A stretch of DNA of 64,000 bases from an uncultured bacterium. GTDB taxonomy: Bacteria > Armatimonadota > Hebobacteria > Hebobacterales > Hebobacteraceae. The stretch lies in the NCBI GenBank assembly GCA_964385645.1, contig CAYLPT010000188.1, positions 8,727 to 72,726 of the forward strand, read 5' to 3'. The position numbers and the translations under genes were made by a program. Positions 17,759-26,169 of the stretch are shown here, one piece after another (positions within the stretch are counted from its first letter, which is position 1; each line of letters opens with the position of its first letter). The notes below the pieces were generated by a model. That model ran no database searches, was not told where the DNA came from, and saw only the letters and a program-made list of their open reading frames with translations.

Positions 17759-17868
17759 ACAAGGGAGCGGAGGGCCAGAGCGCGAGGGAGCCCTAACGCG
17801 CCGGGCAGGCGATGCCGCGGCTGGGGGTGGAGGGGCGGGACGACGCTCGCTCGCCGGTGGGCGAGGCT

Positions 17869-18537
17869 TCACTTGCGCGGGCGGGAGTCGAGGGCGACGA
17901 CGCGGCGGGCGATAGCAGTGAGCCGCTCGTTGTGGTGGCTGCTGGCGCGCTTCAGCCAGCGGAAGGCTTCCTGCTCGTTGACGCCCATGTCGCGCATGAG
18001 GATTCCCTTGGCGCGCTCGATGAGCTTGCGGGCCTCCAGGGCCTGCTGTAGGTCGCCGACCTCGGAGCGGAGCTCCTGGAGGTCGGCGAAGCGGGCGCGG
18101 GCGGTGGAGATGGCGGCGACGAGCCGCTCCCTGGTGATGGGCTTGACGAGGTAGCTGAACGCGCCGGCCTCGGCAGCTCGCTGGATGAGGGACTCGTCGG
18201 CGTGGGCGGTGACGATGATGATGGGGAGCGCCTGGTGGCGGGTGATCTCCTCGGTGGCCTGGAGGCCGTCGAGCTGGGGCATGTAGATGTCGAGGAGAGC
18301 GACATCGAGCGGGGTCTGCTCGGCCAGCGCCACGGCCTCCCGGCCGTCGCGCGCCTGGGCGACCACCTGGTGACCCAGCGATTGGACCATCTCGGTGACG
18401 ACGGCTCGCACCACCTCCTCGTCGTCGGCCACCAGGACGCGCAGCGATTCCACACTCCCCTCCAGCGCACGGGGCGCCCGTGGGTGATATTCCACAGAAT
18501 GGAGGCGCAGGCGAGCGGAGGCCGAGGGCCGGTCCAC
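17869..18537 (-). CDS. response regulator, REC + ANTAR RNA-binding output (AmiR/NasR/PdtaR type); likely true start GTG 18453
   Basis: REC: RVLVADDEEVVR..DVALLDIYMPQLDG..PIIIVTAH..YLVKP. ANTAR: LEARKLIERAKGILMRDMGVNEQEAFRWLKRASSHHNERLTAIARRVV. GGAGGGG lies 5 nt before the GTG at 18453. Confidence 0.85.
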   Translation of the reverse strand: MDRPSASARLRLHSVEYHPRAPRALEGSVESLRVLVADDEEVVRAVVTEMVQSLGHQVVAQARDGREAVALAEQTPLDVALLDIYMPQLDGLQATEEITRHQALPIIIVTAHADESLIQRAAEAGAFSYLVKPITRERLVAAISTARARFADLQELRSEVGDLQQALEARKLIERAKGILMRDMGVNEQEAFRWLKRASSHHNERLTAIARRVVALDSRPRK

Positions 18538-18693
18538 CCCGCCGGCGGGCTCAGAATGTGGAATGATACCTATGCCGCGCCAGAACCCGTCCTGAGTATT
18601 CGCGCTGAGCTACCCTTGGGTGACCGCCGGCCCTCTGCGGGGCCGGAGACGGGGTCGCTCTGTCTCTTCTTGGGCGCGCCCAGGACTACAGGC

Positions 18694-20313
18694 ATGGAAC
18701 ACAGGGGAGAGGCCTCCGGCCCCGAGGCGCCCGTCAGCCCCAGGACGCCCCAGGCCGACAGCAGCCTCGAGCAGCTTCGCCGCATCGAGCGGACCGAGCA
18801 GCGGCTGTGGGTCCTCGCGCTGCTGCTGTTCTTGCTGGTGGCGGTCAGCCTCCTGCTTCTCGACATCACCTCGGAGCCCGCGCGCTACTTCCTGGTCGGG
18901 CTGTCGAGGCGCTTCGTGGAGTTCCTGGACAACGCCGAGACCTCCTTCGCCCTGCTGCTGATGGTGCTGCTGGCCTGCGCGTACTTCTACGAGAAGCTCG
19001 CCCAGCTCCGCGGGGAGAACCGCGCGCTGGTCTCCGCCCTCGAGGCCAACGCCCAGACACTGGCCCAGCGCAACCGCCAACTCGCCACCTGGGCCCAGGT
19101 CAGCCACAGCCTGATCACCCGGTTCAACCTGCCCCGGCTGCTGGACCTGATCGTGCGCACCGCCGCCGAGGTGACCGAGTCCGACTGCGCGGCGGTGATG
19201 CTGTCGGAGTCGGCCGCGCGCGGGCTGCGCGTGGCGGCCATCCACAACCGGGGGCTGCAGACCGAACTCGCACGCCGCGTCGCCGCCGCGGTGGTGGCCA
19301 CTGGGGAGGCCGTGTTGCTGCGCGCCGACGCCCTCCCGGAGCAGTTCAACCGCCCCGACCTCCCGCTGGAGCCCCTGAGCGCGCTCGCCGCGGCGCCCCT
19401 CGTCAACCGAGGGACGCGCGTGGGAGCGCTGCTAGTGGGGCGCACGGCGCCCCAGCCGCCCTTCGCGGACCGGATTGGCGAGGCCCTGAGCTCCTTCGCC
19501 AACCAGGCCTCCATCGCCCTCGAGAAGGCCAACCTCTACGCCGAGAACCAGCGCCAGCTCGATCGGCTCGGCCGACTCCTCACCGAGCTGCGGGCCGCGG
19601 AGGCTAGGGCCGGCGCCCCCACCAACGCGGCCGGCTCCAGGACGGCGCTGAGGCTGTTGTGCCATGTGCTCGCCTCCTCTCTGCCCCGCATCCTCGCCGA
19701 CGGGCGCGAGCGCCCCGGCGCGCAGCCGGACCCAGGATCACTGGCCGGCGCCGCGGGGTCGCTGGCGGTGGCGCTCGCCGCGCTCCTGTGCCCCTTCGAC
19801 TCACGGCCCCAGCGTGTGGACCCCAGCGACCTGGTGCGCCGGGCGGCGGATGTGCTGCGCGAGCAGTGGCGAATGGCGGGCGTGAGCGTGAGGGAGGACT
19901 ACGGGCCGGTGCCGGAGGTGACGGCCAGGCCGCTTCCGCTGCAGCAGGCCTTCGTTCGCCTACTGCTCGCGTGCGCGTACGCGATGCCCTCAGGGGGCGA
20001 ACTTGTCATCCGCACCTCGGCGACCGATGACGGCTGGGCGCTCGTCACCGTCGAGCACGAGGCCACCCTGGAGCCGGCCGCGGCTGAGCGCGTATTCCAG
20101 TCCCCCATGCTCCCGGTGGCGCGGGGCTGCTATGTGGGCCTGCCGGTGGTGCGCCGCGTCATAGAGGCCCACGGGGGCGGCATAGAGGTGGAGGCCTCCC
20201 CCGAGGGGCGGGTGGCCTTCCGGGTGCGGCTGCCGGCGGAGCGGGAGGCCTTGGAGGGCGATCTGCTCGCGCCCCCGCCGCGCGCTGACAAGCGGGCCCC
20301 GCTGCCCAGGTAG
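18694..20313 (+). CDS. membrane-anchored GAF-domain sensor histidine kinase
   Basis: TM helix LWVLALLLFLLVAVSLLLL. GAF-like region: LLDLIVRTAAEVTESDCAAVML..LVNRGTRVGALLVGR..FANQASIALEKANLY. HATPase_c: GGELVIRT..VGLPVVRRVIEAHGGGIEVEA. The H-box is not confidently seen. The start is uncertain (ATG 18556 is also possible). Confidence 0.7.
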   Translation: MEHRGEASGPEAPVSPRTPQADSSLEQLRRIERTEQRLWVLALLLFLLVAVSLLLLDITSEPARYFLVGLSRRFVEFLDNAETSFALLLMVLLACAYFYEKLAQLRGENRALVSALEANAQTLAQRNRQLATWAQVSHSLITRFNLPRLLDLIVRTAAEVTESDCAAVMLSESAARGLRVAAIHNRGLQTELARRVAAAVVATGEAVLLRADALPEQFNRPDLPLEPLSALAAAPLVNRGTRVGALLVGRTAPQPPFADRIGEALSSFANQASIALEKANLYAENQRQLDRLGRLLTELRAAEARAGAPTNAAGSRTALRLLCHVLASSLPRILADGRERPGAQPDPGSLAGAAGSLAVALAALLCPFDSRPQRVDPSDLVRRAADVLREQWRMAGVSVREDYGPVPEVTARPLPLQQAFVRLLLACAYAMPSGGELVIRTSATDDGWALVTVEHEATLEPAAAERVFQSPMLPVARGCYVGLPVVRRVIEAHGGGIEVEASPEGRVAFRVRLPAEREALEGDLLAPPPRADKRAPLPR

Positions 20314-20354
20314 CGCGCCCGGCAGGCCGTCAGCTCTGCGGCGGCCCGCCAGGG

Positions 20355-21530
20355 TTACTGCCCGGCGGCGGGAGGCCCGCCGCCCTCACGGGCCCCGCCG
20401 CCGGGTTCCTCTTCGAGGGGACACAGGATGCGGATGCGCCTCACCCCCTCTAGCGCGGTGTGCGCCCATTCGGGCAGGGGGGTGCGCGGATCGGGAGACA
20501 GCCGGAGCGCGGGCATGGGCCGCCACTCATCTGTCTCTACATCCACGAGCAGCCGCTCGAGCAGCCGCCGGCGCCACCGCGCGCCCTGAAGATCAAAGGG
20601 CGAGTAGTCGGGCCTGAACAGTCCGTGGAACAGCCCCCGGAGCCCGCCGTCTGTGCTCCATTCGCCGTCGGCCGCCGGGTGAGCCGGGGCGACGATCATC
20701 CATTGGGTCCTCTCCCACGCCATCCTCATCTCGGGGCTGAAGGAGTGCGCCAGCGGGATGATCTGGAACCCGCCCAGGTAGCCCAGGGGCGAGGTCGAGA
20801 TGTCCACCACCCCCGGGTGGTTCGCCCGCAGCCGCCCGATGCCCGCGTACAGCGAGCCAGCGAAGCGGCCTATGCCCCGGACGGGCTTCACCACCCAGGC
20901 CACGACCTCGCGCTCGCCGCCCGGATAGAGAAGCGACACCGCGCCACCCGCCCAGTTGTCCAAGACGGCGGCGACGGGAGGCCGGGCCGGCCGCTCGACA
21001 ACGATGGTCAGCACGTCGCCGCGGGCCGGCGTGTAGCCGTCGGCGGCAGGGGAGATGCTCTCTCCGCAACCGACGAACACGGGGCTGCCGACGAAGGGCG
21101 CTTCCCCGCCGCCGAAGATGGCCGCGCCAGCGGGGATGTCCGTGTGGATCGAGGAGTCGGGGCTGAGGAAAGAGGCGTAGCCGGCCGGAGGAGATGAGAG
21201 CTCCCTCGGCAGCAGGGAGAAGACGATGCCGGTGTCCTCCTCCGGGTTGTGCCCGACGGTGATGTGGATCGCGTTGACCGCGGTGGCCGCCACCCGGCCA
21301 GGCGGGACCCACTTGCTGGCGGTGAAGCCGCGGGGGTTCACACGTTCGGTGAAGCGCACGACCGCGCCGACGCGCTCCCAGGTCGCGCCGCGGTCGCGGC
21401 TGACCGCGATCTCGCCACCGGCCTCGTTGACGAGGCGGATGCGGTGGAGCTCGACGCGCTCCTCGGCGGCGGCCGGCACGGCCAGCCAGGCCACTACCGT
21501 CGCGCACAGTATCGCTCGTGCTATACGCAT
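20355..21530 (-). CDS. exported protein of unknown function
   Basis: Signal peptide MRIARAILCATVVAWLAVPAAA. No recognisable family motif. Confidence 0.6.
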   Translation of the reverse strand: MRIARAILCATVVAWLAVPAAAEERVELHRIRLVNEAGGEIAVSRDRGATWERVGAVVRFTERVNPRGFTASKWVPPGRVAATAVNAIHITVGHNPEEDTGIVFSLLPRELSSPPAGYASFLSPDSSIHTDIPAGAAIFGGGEAPFVGSPVFVGCGESISPAADGYTPARGDVLTIVVERPARPPVAAVLDNWAGGAVSLLYPGGEREVVAWVVKPVRGIGRFAGSLYAGIGRLRANHPGVVDISTSPLGYLGGFQIIPLAHSFSPEMRMAWERTQWMIVAPAHPAADGEWSTDGGLRGLFHGLFRPDYSPFDLQGARWRRRLLERLLVDVETDEWRPMPALRLSPDPRTPLPEWAHTALEGVRRIRILCPLEEEPGGGAREGGGPPAAGQ

Positions 21531-21565
21531 GGGCGGCGCCGTGGGCTATCGCGGGCGCCGGCCGC

Positions 21566-21574
21566 ATTGTAGCA
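21566..21574 (-). promoter_or_regulatory. extended -10 promoter TGcTACAAT (motif TGCTACAATGCGGC)
   Basis: Minus-strand TGCTACAATGCGGC, 36 nt upstream of the ATG at 21530. The identical 14-mer recurs at 24806-24819. Confidence 0.45.
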
Positions 21575-21589
21575 GAAGCCCGGGCCTCT

Positions 21590-21675
21590 GAGAACAAGAG
21601 GGAGGGATGCCGCGGGCGAACCGGCAGGTCCAGTGCCGAGGGGTGCCCCCCATCGCCGGTCGCGGCTTCCCTCCC
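21590..21675 (-). terminator. large terminator structure after csaB
   Basis: 15-bp arms, GGGAGGGAAGCCGCG / CGCGGCATCCCTCCC, with one mismatch. They enclose inner ACCGGC/GCCGGT and GGGG/CCCC pairs. UCUUGUUCU follows on the minus strand. Confidence 0.55.
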
Positions 21676-21764
21676 ATCCTGCGCCAGTTGTCCTGTGCAC
21701 GATTAGACGCGGCCCGCCCCGCCGAAGTTCTCGTCGGCGAGCCCCGGCGCGTCCGGCCGAGCCC

Positions 21765-22868
21765 CTAGAGCGCCGCGATCAGTGGCAGAACGAGGCGGAC
21801 ATTCGCCAACGCGCGCTCCCGCAGCCCCTCCACGCGCGCCGCCCACGTGCTGGGCGGCCGGGCGGCGGCTTCCCGCAGGCTGGCCCGCAGCGCGGCCGGA
21901 TCGAGGTTCGGCAGGCGCGCCGCCACCTCCAGGCCCAGCTCGGCCAGGAGGCCGTCAACCTTCGGGTCGTAGGAGATAGCTGCCAGCGGCCGGCCGCAGA
22001 TGGCCGCGAAGACGGCCGCGTGGAGCCGCATCGCCAGGACGAGCGAGACACCGCCGAAGAGTGCGAGCAGCTCACGCGCCGACAGGGGCACACGCACCAC
22101 CTGCGCGCCCAGGCCGATCGAGCCGGCGAGCTCCTCCGCGAGAGCGAGATCCTCGCTCGGCTGCATGGGAACGAGAACGGGCCGCAGGGACAGCTCTTGG
22201 GCCGCCTCACGGATGGCCTCGGTGAGGGAGCGCGACAGCTCCGCCTGTGGCCCTGCTCCTCCGGGGGCCCGGCGGAGCGCCACCCCAAGGGTCGGCCGGC
22301 CGGGGGCCCCGAGGCCGACCCGCTCCCACGCGGCGGCCACCTCCTCCGGCGCCGGCCGCGGGAGGGCGAAGGCGAGGTCGGCGGTGAGCGCGATCTCCCG
22401 CCTTACATCCAGCTCCCGCAGCGCCGCCAGCGAGAGCCGGTCCCTGACAGCGAGCACCGCCACCCGCGCCAGTGCTCGCCTTGCCAGCCAGCGGAGGGCC
22501 CGCCTCCGGAGCGGCCCCACCCCGTAGCCCACGCAGGCCACCGGCACCCCGGCGCGCTGGGCCGCTTGCAGCACCGCCAGGTAGTAGAGAGGAGAGCGCC
22601 AGCTCGTTACGTCCTGCAGGATTCCGCCCCCGCCGCTCAGCAGCAGGTCGCACTTCCCCAGGGCCGACCGCGCGGCCCCGAGCCCGCGGGGGATGGCGCG
22701 TACGGCGTGCTCGGCCTCGGTCGCGCCGGGGTCGCCGGAGAGGACGGTGAGCCTGACCTCGGGGGCGAGACGGCGGAAGCCCTCGACAAGCCCGGCCAGG
22801 ATCGCCTCGTCCCCCGCGTTGCCGAAGCCGTAGTAGCCTGAGACCAGGACCCGCGGCGCTTCGCTCAT
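21765..22868 (-). CDS. csaB: polysaccharide pyruvyl transferase CsaB
   Basis: VLVSGYYGFGNAGDEAILAGL, LLLSGGGGILQDVTSWRSPLYY and VGYGVGPL are hallmark CsaB motifs. The ATG overlaps the stop of the upstream gene (ATGA). Confidence 0.85.
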   Translation of the reverse strand: MSEAPRVLVSGYYGFGNAGDEAILAGLVEGFRRLAPEVRLTVLSGDPGATEAEHAVRAIPRGLGAARSALGKCDLLLSGGGGILQDVTSWRSPLYYLAVLQAAQRAGVPVACVGYGVGPLRRRALRWLARRALARVAVLAVRDRLSLAALRELDVRREIALTADLAFALPRPAPEEVAAAWERVGLGAPGRPTLGVALRRAPGGAGPQAELSRSLTEAIREAAQELSLRPVLVPMQPSEDLALAEELAGSIGLGAQVVRVPLSARELLALFGGVSLVLAMRLHAAVFAAICGRPLAAISYDPKVDGLLAELGLEVAARLPNLDPAALRASLREAAARPPSTWAARVEGLRERALANVRLVLPLIAAL

Positions 22869-24772
22869 CGCCCGCCGAGGCGCGGCCATCGGTCGGCCGC
22901 CAGCCGCCACGCGAGGATGGCGGCCGCGCCGAGCAGCGCGCCGATCCAGAGCCCGTGGAAAGTGCGCAGGAGGCTCACGGAGAGGGGGGTGTGAAAGTGG
23001 CAGAAGGTGTTGAGCAGCGAGACCTGGCCCACCCCTGCCAACACCGCGACGAGGGGGAGCCAAGCGCGCCGCCCGCGCAGGGACAGCGCCACCGCAAGCA
23101 TGAGCGCCGGGTGCCCGACGAGAAACTCCTTGGTGCGAGGTCGGATGGCGAGCAGCGACTCGAGCATCCCGCGGGCGCGCAGCTCGAAGCCGGAGGGAGG
23201 CATGGCCGGCTGGTTGCCGCTGCGCATGAGCGTGAAGGCGACGGCCGCCAGCGCGGCGAGGATCACCAGCGCCTCCACCACTGCCACCGGGCGGCCGAAG
23301 TACTGAAGCCAACGGACCCGGGCGCGATCCCACCATCGGCGCATGGGCTCCGCCCGGCCGGGGAAGTCGGACATCACGGCGACCGCGATGACGACGAGCG
23401 GCGCGAGGTAGGCGAGCTTCACCCCGCGGAACTGCCCGATGCCGGAGAGGTGCTGGGGCGGCGAGTAGAGCCCAACCACCAGCAGCGCGCCCGCGGCCGT
23501 GATCGCGCAGGCGCCAAGCAGGCCGAGCAGGCCGCGCCTGACAACCTCCGCGGTCGCCAGGCGCGCGCCGGGCCCGCGCACGGCCTGGAGCGCGACCACA
23601 ACACCGAGCGCGGGGAACGCGCAGGCCGCCAGCAGCGCCCAGGCGGGCCCAGACAAGGCGGCCGGGAGCACGATGGCGCTCGCGAGCCCCAGGGCCGTGA
23701 GAGCCCACAGCAGGGCCGGGGGCGCTGGGCAGAGCCGCCCCATCAGGAGCAGCAGGCCGGCGATCACGCCCAACACCGCGAGCATCCGCAGCGAGCGCGG
23801 CGGCCAGCCGGCCGGCGCGCGGAACGGGTGCGCCGGGCCCGCCCTGAAGCCCTCCGCGCGCAGCGCATCGGCGAGGCTGCGGACATACCCCAGGTTGTAC
23901 GCAAGCAGGTCGTCGTGCGCGCCGAGCATCAGGCGCAGGTAGCAGACGCGGATGTTGCGCTCCCTGACCGCGCGGACGAACCGCGCGACCGCGGCCTCCC
24001 GGCTGATGAGCATCATGTCAGAGTCGCTGATGCTGTGGACGCGCACGACGCGGGTCGGCAGGCGGGCCGCGAGGTCCTGGTCGCCGCGCTGGGCGACCAT
24101 CTCGATGGAGCCCAGGAGCAGGTCGTGCCGCTCGAAGGCGCGGGCGGTCTCGGGAATGAGCCCCGGGTACCCGAGCGCTTGGTCCTCGTCGAAGACGACG
24201 ATCCGCACGCCGCCCGCCTCCGCCATCGCCGCGGCCGCCTGGATCGCCTCTGGGGAGACGCCGGGGAAGTTTGCGAGCCTGCCCGCCACCCGCAGGCCGC
24301 TGTCGGCTGCGGCGTGGAGGTCCTCCACCCGGAGCAGGAGCGGAACGGGCCCGAGCTGCTCCATATCGAGGCCCACCCTCACGACGATGGGCAGCTCGCC
24401 GATCTCGGCCCCCGCGTGGGGCAGCTTGGCGTTGATGGCGGTGCGCAGGAGCGAGGCCAACTCGGGGGTGGCCGCGGCGAGCTCGGTCTGCTCGGGGGTG
24501 GAGCGGATGAGGAGCCGCTGCGAGGCGGCAAGCCTCTCCAGGGTCACCTCACGGACGGCGACCGAGGTGGCCCCGGCCGCCTTGAGTCTCTCGAGCGCCT
24601 CCACCGGCGACAGGCCGGCAGCGGCCGCGAGCCGGCGCGCGTCGTCGCCGTCCACCACGATCTCGACCGTGCGATTGCCCGCCTCGACCGCGGCGCGGAC
24701 AACGGCCAGCGCCAGCGCCGCCGCGAGCCCGACCGCCAAGAGGAGTAGAAGGAACTTGCCCAGCCGGTCCAC
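22865..24772 (-). CDS. large membrane protein (N-terminal anchor, extracytoplasmic domain, about 8 C-terminal TM helices); resembles DUF5693-type csaB-associated proteins (from memory, unverified)
   Basis: The GTG at 24772 follows GGGGG and lies downstream of the predicted promoter. N-terminus: VDRLGKFLLLLLAVGLAAALALAVV. C-terminal: MRSGNQPAMPPSGFELRARGMLESLLAIRPRTKEFLVGHP. Translationally coupled to csaB. Confidence 0.6.
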   Translation of the reverse strand: MDRLGKFLLLLLAVGLAAALALAVVRAAVEAGNRTVEIVVDGDDARRLAAAAGLSPVEALERLKAAGATSVAVREVTLERLAASQRLLIRSTPEQTELAAATPELASLLRTAINAKLPHAGAEIGELPIVVRVGLDMEQLGPVPLLLRVEDLHAAADSGLRVAGRLANFPGVSPEAIQAAAAMAEAGGVRIVVFDEDQALGYPGLIPETARAFERHDLLLGSIEMVAQRGDQDLAARLPTRVVRVHSISDSDMMLISREAAVARFVRAVRERNIRVCYLRLMLGAHDDLLAYNLGYVRSLADALRAEGFRAGPAHPFRAPAGWPPRSLRMLAVLGVIAGLLLLMGRLCPAPPALLWALTALGLASAIVLPAALSGPAWALLAACAFPALGVVVALQAVRGPGARLATAEVVRRGLLGLLGACAITAAGALLVVGLYSPPQHLSGIGQFRGVKLAYLAPLVVIAVAVMSDFPGRAEPMRRWWDRARVRWLQYFGRPVAVVEALVILAALAAVAFTLMRSGNQPAMPPSGFELRARGMLESLLAIRPRTKEFLVGHPALMLAVALSLRGRRAWLPLVAVLAGVGQVSLLNTFCHFHTPLSVSLLRTFHGLWIGALLGAAAILAWRLAADRWPRLGGR

Positions 24773-24810
24773 GCTTAGCCCCCATGCCTGCGATCGCGCA
24801 CGCGAGCCGC

Positions 24811-24819
24811 ATTGTAGCA
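24811..24819 (-). promoter_or_regulatory. extended -10 promoter TGcTACAAT for the DUF5693-like/csaB operon
   Basis: Minus-strand GTGCTACAATGCGGC. The most-upstream in-frame GTG of the ORF (24820) lies inside this element, which argues for the downstream start at 24772. Confidence 0.45.
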
Positions 24820-24936
24820 CTTCGCCGGGTGCTCGGCAAACCCAGCCAGCGGGGCACGCCAGGGGGCCGGCCAGCGCGCGTGGAAGCAGGGGCGCCGCGG
24901 GACGCCGCCATACCCCAGACCGCGAGGAGCGCGACC

Positions 24937-26157
24937 ATGTTCACCGGCCACGGATTCGCGACCGCCCGCAGGGCGCTCGACGAGATCCCGATCGTGGACA
25001 CCCACGAGCACTACGGCCCTCAGTGGAACAGCCCCGAGACGACTCTCTACACCCTCCTCCGCGAGTCCTACGTCGGCTGGCTCGCGCACGACGAGGAGCT
25101 TAGGGACGACCCTGGCTCGATTGTCCGCTGGCTCGCCCCGGCGCGGGACAATGCCTACACGGTCTCCCTGCTGCGCGGCCTGGCCGACCTCTACGACCTG
25201 GGCCAGGGCGCGTGGTCGGAAGCCCGCTTCTCCCGGCTCGCAGACCGGGTCCACCGCGCCTACCAGGACGCGGGATGGGCGCTGAGCGCCCTCCGCAAGG
25301 CGGGGATCACCCACTCCATCGTTGACCCGCTCCCCGAGCCCGGCTACCTGCACGACGAGCCCAGCTTCCATCTCTCCCTGCGCTCTCACATGCTCGTGCA
25401 CGGCTATGACCGCAGCGCGCGCGACCACGGCGGCCAGAGCCCCTTCGCGCACGCGGCCCGCATGGGATGCGATATCTCCACCTTTGACGACTACCTGGGC
25501 TTCGTGGACCTGTGGGTGAGGGAGCACAAGGCCAAGGGGGCGGTCGCCCTCAAGTCGGCCCTCGCCTATGAGCGCGACATCGAGGTGGGTCCGGTCACCC
25601 ACGAGGAGGCGGAGGGGCTCTTTGACAGCGGCACGCAGGACCCCGCGGCGCGCAAGCGCTTCGGCGACTTCGTGCTCAACCTTCTCGCCCAGAAGGCGGC
25701 GGAGTATGGGCTGGTGTTCCAGATCCACACCGGGCTCGCGCTGCAGGCCAGCTCCCACCCCCACCGGCTGATGTGGTTGCTCGACAACAACCCCAACACC
25801 GTGTTCGACCTCTTCCATGCGGGCTACCCGTGGCTCGACGAGGTGCTGGCGATGGCGTCCGAGCGGGGCAACGTGATCGTAGACACTTGCTGGCTTCCCC
25901 TCATCTCGCCCTCGGCCGCGGTGCGGTGCTATCTCGAGTACCCTGAGGTCGCCTTCCGGTCGGACACCCTGCTCTGGGGCGGGGACAACTGGCACGCCGA
26001 GGAGACCTATGCCGCCGCGCTGACCTTCAAGGACTGCCTCGCGTGGGCGATGGCCCAGAAGGTGGCGGGCGGCTACTGGACGCCGCGGGAGGCCCTGCGG
26101 TACGCGGAGGGGGTGATGTGGAGGGCGGCCGCGCGCTGGTACGGCATCGCGGGATAG
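24937..26157 (+). CDS. amidohydrolase-superfamily metal-dependent hydrolase (paralog of 5007..6266)
   Basis: ATG preceded by GAGGAG. Motifs IVDTHEHY, FQIHTGL and DLFHAGYPW line up with those of the paralog. Confidence 0.65.
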   Translation: MFTGHGFATARRALDEIPIVDTHEHYGPQWNSPETTLYTLLRESYVGWLAHDEELRDDPGSIVRWLAPARDNAYTVSLLRGLADLYDLGQGAWSEARFSRLADRVHRAYQDAGWALSALRKAGITHSIVDPLPEPGYLHDEPSFHLSLRSHMLVHGYDRSARDHGGQSPFAHAARMGCDISTFDDYLGFVDLWVREHKAKGAVALKSALAYERDIEVGPVTHEEAEGLFDSGTQDPAARKRFGDFVLNLLAQKAAEYGLVFQIHTGLALQASSHPHRLMWLLDNNPNTVFDLFHAGYPWLDEVLAMASERGNVIVDTCWLPLISPSAAVRCYLEYPEVAFRSDTLLWGGDNWHAEETYAAALTFKDCLAWAMAQKVAGGYWTPREALRYAEGVMWRAAARWYGIAG

Positions 26158-26169
26158 GGAGGGGCTGGG

